Assembly (NCBI GenBank): GCA_963804165.1
Contig: CAWDPO010000046.1
Span: forward strand, 96,001 to 160,000
Reading direction: 5' to 3'
DNA from: an uncultured delta proteobacterium
GTDB taxonomy: Bacteria; Desulfobacterota; Binatia; UBA9968
DNA length: 64,000 nucleotides
The notes under the pieces are model-generated. The model had not been told where the DNA came from. It saw only the letters and a program-made list of their open reading frames with translations, and did no database searches. Made by a program: the position numbers and the translations under genes. Below, piece by piece: positions 19,734 through 30,976 of the stretch (position 1 is its first letter; every line of letters begins with the position of its first letter).

Positions 19734-20447
19734 TCACAATGGCTCGGAGGCGGGAGCTTTGATCGTTGCTTTCAACGGCAGATGGTCAGAAGCGGTGCGG
19801 GTGAGAGGGGTCTGAACCCGGGACACCTTGACCAGCGCCGCCGCCGGTGACACCCATATGCGGTCGAGGGCGAATAGGGGAAACGCAGCCGGAAAGGTGC
19901 GCACGAGCGCGGTTTTGCCAAGCTGCGTGTGAATCCAGCGCAGCGACCGTCCGGTCGGCAACCATTCATTGAAGTCGCTCAATATGATAACCGTCGGAGC
20001 GCGCGGCTCTGACAATGCGAGCAAAAGTTTTCTTACCTGAAAGCGCCGCTCGGGCGCGCGCAGCCCAAGGTGGGTGACAATCACGCGCACGGTTGCGCCG
20101 CCGATTTCCAGGTCGGCATCAATGGCGCCGCGCGGTTCGCGACCGGGATAACTGAGATTCAAATTGTGCACCGCCAGGACTTTGTAGCTGGTCAGTAGAA
20201 CATTTCCATAGTGTCCGTTTCTGCGCTCGACGGCGGGCCCCGGAATGGCGCGCAATCCCGTGGCGGCGGACAAATAATTCATCTGATGCAATTCTTCCGT
20301 ACCGCTCGCATCGCTATGCACTTCCTGCAGCCCAATGATCTGGGCGCCACTTTGATTAATCACCTCAGCGATACGGGCCGGATTACGCTGGCGGTCCGAG
20401 CCGACGCACTCGTGAATGTTATAGGACAGCACAGAAAAAACTTGCAT
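19734..20447 (-). CDS. Endonuclease/exonuclease/phosphatase (YbhP-like) hydrolase
   Basis: SYNIH, GLQEV, THLGL, DFNEW, LDRI and SDHLP motifs. Confidence 0.92.
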   Translation of the reverse strand: MQVFSVLSYNIHECVGSDRQRNPARIAEVINQSGAQIIGLQEVHSDASGTEELHQMNYLSAATGLRAIPGPAVERRNGHYGNVLLTSYKVLAVHNLNLSYPGREPRGAIDADLEIGGATVRVIVTHLGLRAPERRFQVRKLLLALSEPRAPTVIILSDFNEWLPTGRSLRWIHTQLGKTALVRTFPAAFPLFALDRIWVSPAAALVKVSRVQTPLTRTASDHLPLKATIKAPASEPL

Positions 20448-20459
20448 GACCGCGGTGGC

Positions 20460-22619
20460 TCAGCGAAGTTCCGCCGTTCTTACCGCCGTCGGCATTTTCC
20501 GTCTGGCGGGGCTTTGCTTGCCGGCGAGCCAGCGGCGAATCGCGAAAATGCACAGCAGCATGACAATCACGGCGGCGATGAGAACGGCAAAGGTCACTGC
20601 GCTCGGACTGCGGATCATTTGTTCGAGCTGGTTCTCAAATAATGTTATTCCCACGATCCCCGGACTCATTCCTAGAAGTGTGCCAAAGACAAAATCCCGA
20701 ATGGGAACATGGACGGCACCAGCCGCCAAGTTGACCAACGAATAGGGGGCCACGGGGATCATCCGCACCGCCGCCACCGCCAATACACCGTGCCTTGAGA
20801 TCAGGCGATTCATGCGGCTTAAGCGCTTGCCGGCGAAACGCACGACGTTTTTTCGTCCCAACTGGCGGCCGATCGCGTAGAGAAAAATAGCGCTCAGAAG
20901 ACAGCCGACTAACGAATAGATCATTGCCGTCCATGGACTAAAGGCGTAAGCGGTGGCAAGGATGAGGACCGTGACGGGGAAGGCAGTAATGCCGCCCAGG
21001 AGGAAAGCGCCGATAATCCACAACGGGGCGCTTGGGGTTTCTTGCAGCGACGCGGCCCAAGCTTCGATCGTGTTGAGATCGACCAATTCCCGCAAGGCGG
21101 TCCAGCGCCACGCTGCCGCCAGCGCAAACATGAAAACCAAGATCAGCGCGCCGCGTAGCAGCGCGCCGCTGGAAGATCCGCGCTCTTCGGATAAAACGAA
21201 TTCGTCGATCAGCTTTTCCGGAGCGATGGCGGACTCGGGATCGAGGATCGCCGACTCGGGGATCATTTGATCGAGCCATTCCGGCACGGAGCAATCGACG
21301 AGCTCCAACGTGCGTGCGCGGCTTGTGCGTAATTTTTTGATCGTGGCGGTCAGAGATCGTGTTTCGGTCAGTATTCGACCCACATGGTCGGGAGTCGAGC
21401 CGAGATGCTCTGCCAGTAGCGAATTTCTCAATCGTGCGATCGCGGTTTCAGTCTGCTCGTTGCCGGCAGATTCCAATGCGAGATCGCATTCAGTGTCGAG
21501 ACCCAGGGAACGGTTGCTGATGTTAGCCGAGCCGATGCGAATGAATTGATCGTCGGCGATCAAAATCTTCGAATGTACCGACAGACAGTACGCGCTTTGA
21601 CCTTCGATGACCGGACAGAAGACGCGAAGTCTGCGATGCTGATCGGCGTCGCGCAATTTTTTTGTCTGACGCGCGCGTAGGACGTCCATCGTCGCGCTCT
21701 CCAACCAGCCTTGGCTTGCCTGTGATATGACGATGACGACCTCCGGTCCCGCCGCGGCGCGCAGGCAGTTTGCCAGAGCCTCGCCGACGACTGCGGACGT
21801 CAGATACTGGTTTTCGATATAGATCCATTGTCGCGCCGCCGCGATACTGTCTTGGAAAAGCTTTTCAATTTCTCTGGTGCCTTTATTGCTGCCAAACTGC
21901 GGTTCGGTGCGGGCGATTGCCACTTTAACGTTGCTTACGTCCGGCTCAAGCGAGGGCGGCCAGCGGTCGGCCGAGATTCCGGGCGGGCGCAGGCGCCGTC
22001 CGGTAACGCTCCGCCAACGCTGCCGCACCAGGTCGCCCAGTGCCGCGGCGATTTCACCCGAGACCGCCATGCCGACGTCGTGATGCGGCGTCGGAATAGT
22101 CCCGTTTACATCGATCCGTCGAATGTCCTGCGGTCGGTGCTCGGGCGTGTCCCAGCGTCCTCTGGCCAAATCGATCCCGCCGACGAATGCGACGGCATCG
22201 TCAATGACGACAATCTTGGAGTGATGTGAAGCGCCGACCGGATGATCCCCATCCATATGAAAATGCACTCGCGGATGGCGCTGCCAGCCCGGCGCGAAGA
22301 TCGGAGGCACTTCGCGCTCCAGCGCAAAAATCATCGCGAAGTCCCATGCCAGAATATGAATGTGAAGGTTCGGCCGGCGTGCTGCCAGTGAATTGAGATA
22401 GGTGCCCAGGTCGGGAAGCTTGTTTCGTCTCTCGCCTTCGACCTTCAAGTGAATGCGGCTGTCGAAGTCCCATCCCTGGATGAGGATCGATTCGCGCGCC
22501 TGATCGAACGCATCGGCGAGCGCCGCGAAGTAAGCCGCGCCATCGACGAGAAATTTGACGCGGGAGGCGTTGCGGATTTTCCAGCAATTGTGGCCTTCCC
22601 GGAGAATTTGTTGCGCCAT
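20460..22619 (-). CDS. Phospholipase D (cardiolipin synthase-like) fused to a VTT/DedA membrane domain
   Basis: Two HKD motifs (HSKIVVID, HSKILIAD); C-terminal TM domain with VRMIPVAPYSLVNLAAG. Confidence 0.92.
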   Translation of the reverse strand: MAQQILREGHNCWKIRNASRVKFLVDGAAYFAALADAFDQARESILIQGWDFDSRIHLKVEGERRNKLPDLGTYLNSLAARRPNLHIHILAWDFAMIFALEREVPPIFAPGWQRHPRVHFHMDGDHPVGASHHSKIVVIDDAVAFVGGIDLARGRWDTPEHRPQDIRRIDVNGTIPTPHHDVGMAVSGEIAAALGDLVRQRWRSVTGRRLRPPGISADRWPPSLEPDVSNVKVAIARTEPQFGSNKGTREIEKLFQDSIAAARQWIYIENQYLTSAVVGEALANCLRAAAGPEVVIVISQASQGWLESATMDVLRARQTKKLRDADQHRRLRVFCPVIEGQSAYCLSVHSKILIADDQFIRIGSANISNRSLGLDTECDLALESAGNEQTETAIARLRNSLLAEHLGSTPDHVGRILTETRSLTATIKKLRTSRARTLELVDCSVPEWLDQMIPESAILDPESAIAPEKLIDEFVLSEERGSSSGALLRGALILVFMFALAAAWRWTALRELVDLNTIEAWAASLQETPSAPLWIIGAFLLGGITAFPVTVLILATAYAFSPWTAMIYSLVGCLLSAIFLYAIGRQLGRKNVVRFAGKRLSRMNRLISRHGVLAVAAVRMIPVAPYSLVNLAAGAVHVPIRDFVFGTLLGMSPGIVGITLFENQLEQMIRSPSAVTFAVLIAAVIVMLLCIFAIRRWLAGKQSPARRKMPTAVRTAELR

Positions 22620-23243
22620 CCACTGAAAATTCTACCAAACTGAAAGCAAAGTACCATATGCTTATGTGTAAAAGCGGCGGGTATTGTGGACTACTCAGAC
22701 CCGGGTAGTTTGTTCCACGCGGTATGATCGGCGACGGCTGACGGGGTTTACTTGTATGACGGAAGTGAAGAACTTTTTGGCGCCGCCGTGATGGTCTGGA
22801 TATTTTCAAAGGCCGCGACGATCGAATCCAAAGCTTTATGCCAAATGACAAAGTTAGCGCGCGCACTTCGCTGGGATTTGCTCGCACACCGGCTTATTTC
22901 AAAATGCCGCGCGACAGGCAGGCTGGACAAAGGCATTGAGAAAGTCGTGAAAGATGCGGCAAAGTGGCGCAGGATGCCGCAAGAATTTACCGTCGACTGG
23001 AGCTGTTTTGCGACAACGCGCCACCGGAGCCCGCCTTAGCACGTGAGCTCCGGTCTCAGCAATCGCGGGGCGTGTCATTTTTATGTTGCCGGATGATTCG
23101 GCAAGGCGACAGATCCCGCAACCGGACGAGGAGCGGATGTTAGTGATAATTTACTCCCCCGCTGCAAGTCGGAGGACGTTCAGTTAGATCACGATTGAAT
23201 CGTACATTTGCCGTAGCATGTCGATGGTGAGCGATGCTGGGTC

Positions 23244-23645
23244 TTAGTCCTGCGAGCTCACTGCGGTCTGCAGGGGCTTGCGATAAAGTTTAAAGCCACC
23301 GAATCCGTATTCGCCCACCGGCTTGTTGGTGCCCGCGTCGAAGAGATCGATCAGCATGAACTTCTCCGGATGACCCGCGAGATAGTTTGAAAATTTGTCC
23401 ACGAATTTTTCTTGGCTCTGAGCATCAGCTTTATGAAAAGCTTCACCGAGATATAAACGATGCGGCCGTGCTCGTGAGTCGAGACGCACCCAATATTGAG
23501 AACCTTGGGGTCCGAAGGTGTCGAGCCATTTTTTGTACTCGGCGATTTTAGCTTCCCGTACTTTGAATTCGTTGCCCTGCGCGGGTGAAACCTGCACGGC
23601 TATGATCCAAAGAACCATGAGTAGAGGAGCAATAAGTTTTGTCAT
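23244..23645 (-). CDS. Secreted hypothetical protein
   Basis: GGAGG RBS, signal peptide, sigma54 site upstream. Confidence 0.75.
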   Translation of the reverse strand: MTKLIAPLLMVLWIIAVQVSPAQGNEFKVREAKIAEYKKWLDTFGPQGSQYWVRLDSRARPHRLYLGEAFHKADAQSQEKFVDKFSNYLAGHPEKFMLIDLFDAGTNKPVGEYGFGGFKLYRKPLQTAVSSQD

Positions 23646-23682
23646 GCGGTTGCCTCCGATAAGATTTGCTCAGGTCTCTAAC

Positions 23683-23697
23683 GCAAGGGTTCTGCCA
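23683..23697 (-). promoter_or_regulatory. sigma54 (-24/-12) promoter
   Basis: Minus strand TGGCAG-AACCC-TTGC, ~38 bp before the ATG at 23645. Confidence 0.7.
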
Positions 23698-24111
23698 TCA
23701 AAAAGGGACGATCCAAAGGAAGGAAGCCTGGGCCAAAGTGAACCGATTCCGGTGCATTTGTCGCTTGTTGGAATGTCGAATTCACGAAATGGCGATGTAA
23801 CCGATCGGTGGCTTCATTCGGCTTTCGCACATTATCGCCCGCGATGGACGAAAGTCGTCCGCATCGCGAGTACCGTCACTCCACGTCACCGACGTTGCGG
23901 TAAACACCAATTTTCTAGATGGCCAAAACCCAATGAAAGTCGAGGTGGAAAATGCGTCGCACACGGAGGGCCAGTTTGGCGTGGTCACGAAGGCAACTCT
24001 CGTACACGCTATGGAACGGCTGGAGACAGAGCGCACGGTCCTGGAATCGTCACGACCGTTCATCAACAGAGTCGTAGAACCGCTGCTTGCACTTGTTGGA
24101 GTTCCCTCAGC

Positions 24112-25190
24112 TCACTTTACACGAAGAATCTTTTTCACTTGTTCTACAACTTGGGGCGGTTGAACCATGATGCGTTCGGCGACAGCTTGAAGGTCCTCAC
24201 CGGTTACCGGATCGATCGTCCAGCGCGCCGTCTGAGCTTCAGCTACGAGTTCGGGATCTCTCATGGCTCGCGAATAAGCTTCACGCAAAACTTTCACTCG
24301 CTCTGCGGGGGTGCCGGGAGGAGCCATCATAGGGTGACCGAACTGTTCTCCGGCCGTTAAAACCTCCATCGCTCGGCGATTCATATCGGTGGTTTTGTAC
24401 TGGTCCATCAGTTCGAAAATAGTCGGCGTGTCGGCCGCACGGGAGTCTCGTTTTCGGCCGGTCTGCAGCAAGTGACGATCGAAACCCTTTGCGTGCCAGG
24501 ACAAGAACGGCTCTCTGCTAAAGTGAGCGGTCAAGCCAGTGGCAACGACTCCTCACGACGCCAGTCGACCTGATTGGCTTCCTGATAGCCCAGCACAAGT
24601 TCGAATTTAGCGCCGATGGCATCTTCCAGGGCGACGATCAGGCTCGAGCTCTCCCAACCGGTGCCGCCGCATTTCGGCGGCACTTTGCTTTTGATTACAT
24701 CATCGATGGATTTAAACGGCGCATCCGCTTGCAAATAAAGTATCGCCGGATTGCGGTCCGGCGAACCGATCCAGAGAAATTTGCGCATCTGGAATTTCAC
24801 TTCCGAGTTGCCGACAAATTCGCCCATATAAATCTGTTGGGTCGGCATTCCGACCGTTAGCCCACCGGGCTTGGCGACGTTGTAGACGTAATTGGTTGCG
24901 ATCACCGATCCGGCGCCGGGCATGTTCTGAACGATGAAAGCGGGGTTTCCCGGCACGTACTTCGTCATGTAGCGAGCGAGCAGCCGTCCCCAGTAATCAT
25001 AGCCGCCACCGGGGCCGATAATCAGCCGCACCGTCTTGCCTTCGTAGAATGATCGGCTCTGCGCGTGAACAAGATCGGTTCGTCGCGAGCTGCTTTCGAA
25101 AAGCGCAACCGGTCCTAGTACACCGAGCATACATAGGGCGGCAAGCGCGGACAGGCTTGCCTGCTTGAAGCGTAGTTTCCTGGTTTTCAT
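24112..25190 (-). pseudogene. Bug/TctC-like solute-binding protein, split by a frameshift near 24540
   Basis: FYEGKTV...PGGGYD...IVQNMPGAG in one frame; PPGTPAERVKVLREAY in another; real lesion versus sequencing error unresolved. Confidence 0.75.
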
Positions 25191-25221
25191 TAGCAGGTGA
25201 TGCTTCGCGGAGGTGTTTTGC

Positions 25222-25875
25222 TCATCTGCTCTTAACGCGAGGATCTTTGCCGCTGGCTTCCGGCCCGTCGTAGACGGTGTCCACGTCCATTACTTCGTAC
25301 GACGCCACGAATCGATATTTGTTGTCTCCCGAGTACGCCTGGCCGCAATAATGCGCCGGTCGAAGCTTGTCCAAAAGAACGCAACCATTGGCGTCAATGC
25401 AATCTTTGTCGACCGAGGCCGCGACGACCCGCCCAACCACCATCAAGCGAGTCTCGAACCATTGATGGGTCCATTCGACCCGGCATTCGAAGTGGCTTTT
25501 GTATTCTGCGATGCGCGGCGGCTTGACTACTTTTGATGGAAGCGTCGTGAGTCCGGCTTTCTCCAATTCATTCACACCCGCAGGGAAGGGGAGTCCCAGC
25601 GTTCTGACTTTTTCCAAAATCTGCCGGTCGAAGGAGGGAATATTCACGACAAATTCGTTGGTCGCCAAAACGTTTCTATAGGTGTCTTTGTGCGAGTCAA
25701 CACAAAACGCAATGCACGTGGGCTCGTGGTGCACTCTCACGCAGGTCGCGAAGGAGGCTGCGTTCACTCGGTTTTCCATATCGACGGTCGTAATCGATAC
25801 CACACACGCGACGGGCGTGAACAAGAGATCGAAATGCTCCTTTGGAACATCAACTTTTTCCACAGTGTTCTCCAT
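25222..25875 (-). CDS. Flavin reductase family protein (DIM6/NTAB)
   Basis: VNAASF, DTYRNV...EFVVNI, KVVKPPRIAE..HFECR; likely start ATG 25875. Confidence 0.85.
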   Translation of the reverse strand: MENTVEKVDVPKEHFDLLFTPVACVVSITTVDMENRVNAASFATCVRVHHEPTCIAFCVDSHKDTYRNVLATNEFVVNIPSFDRQILEKVRTLGLPFPAGVNELEKAGLTTLPSKVVKPPRIAEYKSHFECRVEWTHQWFETRLMVVGRVVAASVDKDCIDANGCVLLDKLRPAHYCGQAYSGDNKYRFVASYEVMDVDTVYDGPEASGKDPRVKSR

Positions 25876-25984
25876 CGGTCGATTGATTGAATTGAATATT
25901 CCGGTTACCGGATTTGGGTTGCGCAGTGCTTGGATGAAACGGCCCGCGCCGCACTGCGCACTGGGCGCGGGCCATGACTGGCTA

Positions 25985-27773
25985 TTAACCGTGGTTTCTT
26001 CTGTCGCAGACGGCGTCGATAAGGGCGGGCTTGCCTTTTTTGACTTGCTCGATTGCGCGTTTGAGCGCGCCTTTGAGATCGTCGGCATTTTCGAACGGAC
26101 CTTCGGAGTACCAGCCCATCGATTTTGCCAAGCCGGCGAAATCCGGATCGGGACCGTAGAGATCCATGCCGATGTGCGCGCGATTGGGATCGGTGCCGCG
26201 CGTTCGCGCGAGCACGAGCTGGTGGTTCCAGTCATTGTAGTAAGCGCGGTTGTTGAACATGACGACGAGCATCGGGATCTGATACTTCGCCGCGATCCAG
26301 AGCGCGCCGGCGTCGAACATCAGATCGCCGTCCGGCTGTAAATCGACAACGAGCCGGCCGGTGCCTTTATTGGCGAGCGCAACGCCGAGCGAAAGTCCGA
26401 TCTGCGTGCCGGTGCCGAATTCGCGGCCGGCGTGACAATAGGGCCGGTCGAAGTTCCAAAGCTTGTGGCCCCAGCTCCCCAGGTCCCCGGTGGTGAGCAC
26501 CCAGTCCTCGCCTTTGATCGCATCCCACACTTCGAGCGCCAGGCGCGGCACGGTCATCGGTTTCGAGTCCCAGTGCTCTTGAGCTTGCTTGCTCCACTTG
26601 GCGCGGTTTTCCGCGTGGCGTTTGCCGATCTCTTCGGTGCGTTTGGCGATCTTCTCGCGCAGGCCGGGAGTCTTGGCGATGCGCTCTTTCAAGAGTTTCG
26701 TCAATTGTGGCGCGGTGGTCACCGGATCTGCGGTCATGCGCTGCTGCGCATAGAAGGGCCGCGCGTAATCCATCGACCACTTGCTGATCTCGATATCGGT
26801 GAAGCCGATATCGATCCAAGTGGCATTCGGTTGCACTTTGCTGACGACGGTGCGGGTGGCGATGTCGCGCACGTGGGTCGGTTTCTCGAAGTCGGCGATG
26901 TCGAGGGTGAGGACAACGTCGACGCCCTGGTAGCAGCCGTCGGGGTCCATGGTGAGGTTGAGCGGATGATCGCTGGGGAAATTGAGCCGGGAGCCGACGT
27001 CCCACACCGAAGCGCCCAATGTTTCTGCCAACTCGACGACGTGACTCCAGCCATGCGGCGGGCGTGCGGCGAAATCGGCGATGATGGCGACCCGATTCGC
27101 GGCGGCTAAAGTATCGGCGGCTTTCGCCAGCGCTGCTGGATCCGCCGAACGGCGCTGTGGGCACGTCGATGGCGCCGGGCGGCGGCATCTCGACGTCGTG
27201 ATCCAATTGCGCTTCCTGCAAGCCGGCGTCGTAGACCATGTAGACCGGTCCTTGGCGCGCGCTCATCATCACCGAATAGGCGCGCGCGAAAGCTCCGGGC
27301 ACGCCGTCGACGGTGGTCGGCTGGTAATCCCACTTGACGAAATTGCGGATCGCTTCGCCTTGACCGTTGGCCGTATGAATCCAGTCGATGAACGGACGGC
27401 GCTTGGGCTCGGCCATCGGTCCGGTGGCGCCGATGATGAAAGACCGGCGCGCGATCGAGGTAGGCGTAGTAAATACCCATCGGCGCGTGCAGCAAGCCGA
27501 CCAGATTATGCACGATAGCGATCATCGGCTTGCCCTTGACGCGGGCGTAGCCATGGGCGATCTGCACGGCGATTTTTTCATGCTGGCAGAGCAGCATGGG
27601 CGGATCGTTCTCGCCGTAATTGACCAGAGAATCGTGCAGCCGCGATAACTCGCGCCCGGATTGAGCGCGATGTACTCGAAGCCGTAGCGCTTGATCATGT
27701 CGACGATGACGTCGGACTGCCATCGCTTGTCGGATTTTTTGATGGTCTCTACTCTTGGGGCTGGCTTTGCCAT
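25985..27773 (-). CDS. Thiamine diphosphate-dependent enzyme (acetolactate synthase/benzoylformate decarboxylase superfamily), copy 1, several frameshifts
   Basis: NPGASYRG, CQHEKIA, PDGDLMF...NNRAYYND spread over four frame segments. Confidence 0.85.
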
Positions 27774-27883
27774 GTAACTTTCCTCCTTGGGTATATTCGA
27801 TTTGTTAGTGCGGCGGTATCTAAGCTGTCTTTATTCTCAGAAAATGATGTTACTGAGTATCTCCTTAGATCGTTTCCATTGAA

Positions 27884-27946
27884 TGTTATTCTGAGCCGTA
27901 GGCGAAGAATCTCGGCTGAGATTCTTCACTATCGTTCAGGATGACA
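27884..27946. repeat. REP-like palindromic doublet
   Basis: TGTTATTCTGAGC..GAAGAATCTC ggct GAGATTCTTC..GTTCAGGATGACA. Confidence 0.75.
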
Positions 27947-28009
27947 ACTCTGCGCGACCGTTAATTTTGATTCCTCGCGCAGCTTCTGAACCAACATGTG
28001 AACTTTGTC

Positions 28010-29780
28010 CTACGCGTTTTCGCCGCGGCGCCAGACGATGGCGTCGACCAGCGCCGGCTTGCCCGCTTTGACCTGGGCGATGGCGCGCTTCACCGCCGGG
28101 CCGACTTCGGCGGGATCTTCGATCGGTCCTTCGGCATACCAGCCGATGCCTTTGGCGATGTGCGCGAAGTCCGGCGGCGGGCCTTCGAGATCCATGCCGA
28201 TATACGCGCGCGCCGGATCGGTGCCGCGCTGGTGCGCCATGTGAATCTGATGCGCCCAGTCGTTGTAGTAGGCGCGGTTGTTGTACATGACGATCAGCAT
28301 GGGAATTTCGTATTTGACCGGCATCCACAGCGCGCCGAGATCGAACATCAAATCGCCGTCGGGCTGCAGGTCGATCGACGAGCTTGCCCGAGCCCTTGTG
28401 CGCAAGGGCGACGCCGATGGAAATGCCGATCTGTGTGCCGGTGCCGAGCTCGCGGCCGACGTGGCGGTAGGGTTTGTCGAAGTCCCAGATTTTGTGGACC
28501 CATTCCTTCAACGTATTGGCGGTGAGCACCCAGTCGTCGTCTTTGATCACTTGCCAGACCTCGTGCGCGAGGCGCGACTCGGTCATCGGCCGCTGGTTCC
28601 ACTCCTCTTTGACTTGATCCTGCCATTTCTGCCATTGGCGCGCGTGCCTGTCGCCGATGGCTTTTTTGCGCTCGTCAATTTTCGCGGTCAAGCGATTTAT
28701 TGCCGTCGATACGCTTGCGGCAGGCGGCGGTGAGCGCCGGCAGCGACAGCGCGCTGTCGCCGAGCACGCGGAGATCCCAGTTGTGATGTTTGTTGTAGTC
28801 GGTCGCCCATTTGCTGATCTCGATATCGGCGAAGCCGACGTCGATCCATTTGCAGTCGGGCGCCGTGACGACGCTGATCTCACGCGTCTGCGTATTGAGC
28901 TTGTGCGAGCCGCGCGTCCAGTCGACCACGTCGAGAGCGGCGACCACATCGACGCCTTTGAAAGCGTCGCCGTGAAAGCTCACGCTCAGCGGATGGCGAT
29001 TGGGAAAGCCGAGGCGCTTGTTGATGTCGTAAACCGAAGCGCCGACGGTCTCGGCGAGTTCCACCGTGGAATTGAAGCCGATGGGCATGCGCGCGGCGTA
29101 TTCCGTCAGCAAGAGCGGGTTCTCTGCGGCCATGAGCATGTCGGCGGCTTCTTCGACGACGGCCGGCTCCGGCGCCACGCGCGACGGCACCTTCACTTTA
29201 TATTTCGGCAGCGCCATTTCTTCTTTCAGCGCGCTTTCCTGCATCGCCGAGTCGTAAACCATATAAACCGGACCCTGCGGCTCGCTCATCATGATCGAGT
29301 AGGCGCGCGCAAACGAATCCGGCACGCCGTGGATGCTGCCCGGCTGATAGTCCCACTTGGTGAAACCACGGACGACATCGCCTTGAGCAAAGGCGGTGTG
29401 AATCCAATCGATGAACGGGCGGCGGAGTTTCTCATCCATCGGCCCGGTGGCGCCGACGATAAAGACCGGCAGCGATCGATGTAGGCGTAGTAAATTCCCA
29501 TCGGCGCGTGCAGCAGGCCGACGACATTATGGACGATCGCCATCATCGGCTTGCCGCTCGCCTTGGCGTAGCCGTGGGCGATCTGCACGGCGATCTTTTC
29601 GTGATTGCAGAGCAGCATCGGCGGCTTGTTCTCGCCGTAATTGACCAGCGAATCGTGCAAGCCGCGGTAACTCGCGCCGGGATTGAGCGCGATGTAGGGA
29701 AAATCGTACTGCTTGATCAGATCGACGATGACGTCGGACTGCCAGCGCTGAGTTGATTTCTTGATCTCTGTATCGCTCAT
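28010..29780 (-). CDS. Thiamine diphosphate-dependent enzyme, copy 2, several frameshifts
   Basis: Same motifs as copy 1 (WQSDVIVD, HEKIAVQIAHGY, GRELGTGTQIG, PDGDLMF). Confidence 0.85.
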
Positions 29781-29958
29781 CTTATTGCCTCCTAAGAATT
29801 CAATAAACGCTACAGCCTGGACCATTCACTGGCGACGTCGTTCCAGGGCTCAAGCTCTCTAACATTGTTCAAGGTTCAAATCCGCCAGGGTTCAATGTCG
29901 GAAACACCCCGTGACTTTGATACCTGGGAACCCTGAATTTTGAACTCGTCGATGTTAG

Positions 29959-30183
29959 ACGCCGTCGGGAGATCAGTTCAAGCGCGCAAAGGTTCGTCGG
30001 GACTACGGCGAGCTCCGCCGGGACCGGAAAGAGTACTTCCGCGATTGGCACAACGGGGCTGGCAGAGCAGAGCTTGCCCGCGACCGGCGCGAGATTTGGC
30101 AGGATCGCCGGGAAATTTGGGGGGACCGTAGAGATCTACGCAATGACCGTTGGGATCATCGTGGTTGGTGGCGCTGGTGGTAA
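29959..30183 (+). pseudogene. Start-less fragment of an Arg/Asp/Trp-rich repeat protein
   Basis: 74 open codons ending ...[35 protein letters not shown]; preceded by TAG. Confidence 0.55.
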
Positions 30184-30196
30184 AAACTCGCGGGCC

Positions 30197-30257
30197 GTTC
30201 AAAGTTCAAGGTTCAACGTTCGTCCCAACCTTGAACTTTGAACTTGGAACCTTGAAC
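30197..30257. repeat. Inverted arms of 7-bp GTTCAAn / nTTGAAC tandem repeats
   Basis: GTTCAAA GTTCAAG GTTCAAC ... TTGAACT TTGAACT TGGAACC TTGAAC; related copies at 29867-29946, 55645-55784 and 62684-62754. Confidence 0.8.
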
Positions 30258-30260
30258 AAG

Positions 30261-30976
30261 TCATAGTCCGAGATACGCCTGTCGCACCCGATCGTCATTC
30301 AAAAGTTCACCGCCGGAACCTGACATGACGATCCTGCCGTTCTCGAGCACATAAGCGTGCTGGGAAATTTTGAGCGACACAGCGACGTTTTGTTCCACCA
30401 GCAAGACTGTCAGGCCTTGATGGTTCAGCGTGCGAACCGTGTGCAGCACTGCTGGACAATCGTTGGCGCGAGCCCGAGAGAGGGCTCGTCGAACATGATC
30501 AGCTCGGGGCGGCCCATCAGACAACGTCCGATGGCGAGCATCTGCTGTTCGCCGCCGGAGAGCGTTCCCGCGAGTTGTTTTCTGCGCTCGCCCAGACGCG
30601 GAAAGAGCTCGAAAACTTCTTCAGAGTCTGTTTCATATTGCCGCGGGCGCGCGGCAGCATCGCGCCCATCGCCAGATTTTCCATCGTGGTCAGAGTCGGG
30701 AACAAGTTGACGGCCTTCGGCGACCTGGCCGATGCCGAGATCGCAGATTTCATGTGAATCGAGACCGGTGATATCGCGCCCGGCGAAGAATATTTTTCCT
30801 GCGCGCGGCCGCTCGATGCCGGCGATAGCGCGGATCAAGCGAGGATTTACCCGCGCCATTGGCGCCGACGATGGCGATGATTCCGCCTTCGCGGAATCTC
30901 GCAGCGATACGCCGACAAGAACTTGCGCGTCGCCATAACACAATTCGAGATCTTTCACTTCGAGCAGAGCGCTCAT
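30261..30976 (-). CDS. livF: Branched-chain amino acid ABC ATPase (frameshifted)
   Basis: GANGAGKS, LSGGEQQML, DEPSLGLAP and LLVEQN in shifting frames. Confidence 0.85.

Noticed and set aside
22828-22843. sigma54-like site upstream of the PLD gene (minus strand TGGCATAAAGCTTTGG)
   Set aside because: The -12 GC is absent
22748-23039. Small ORFs on both strands between PLD and the secreted protein
   Set aside because: No recognisable motif or convincing RBS
23782-24163. ORFs 23782-24066 (-) and 23933-24163 (+)
   Set aside because: Mutually overlapping, no recognisable family, no RBS
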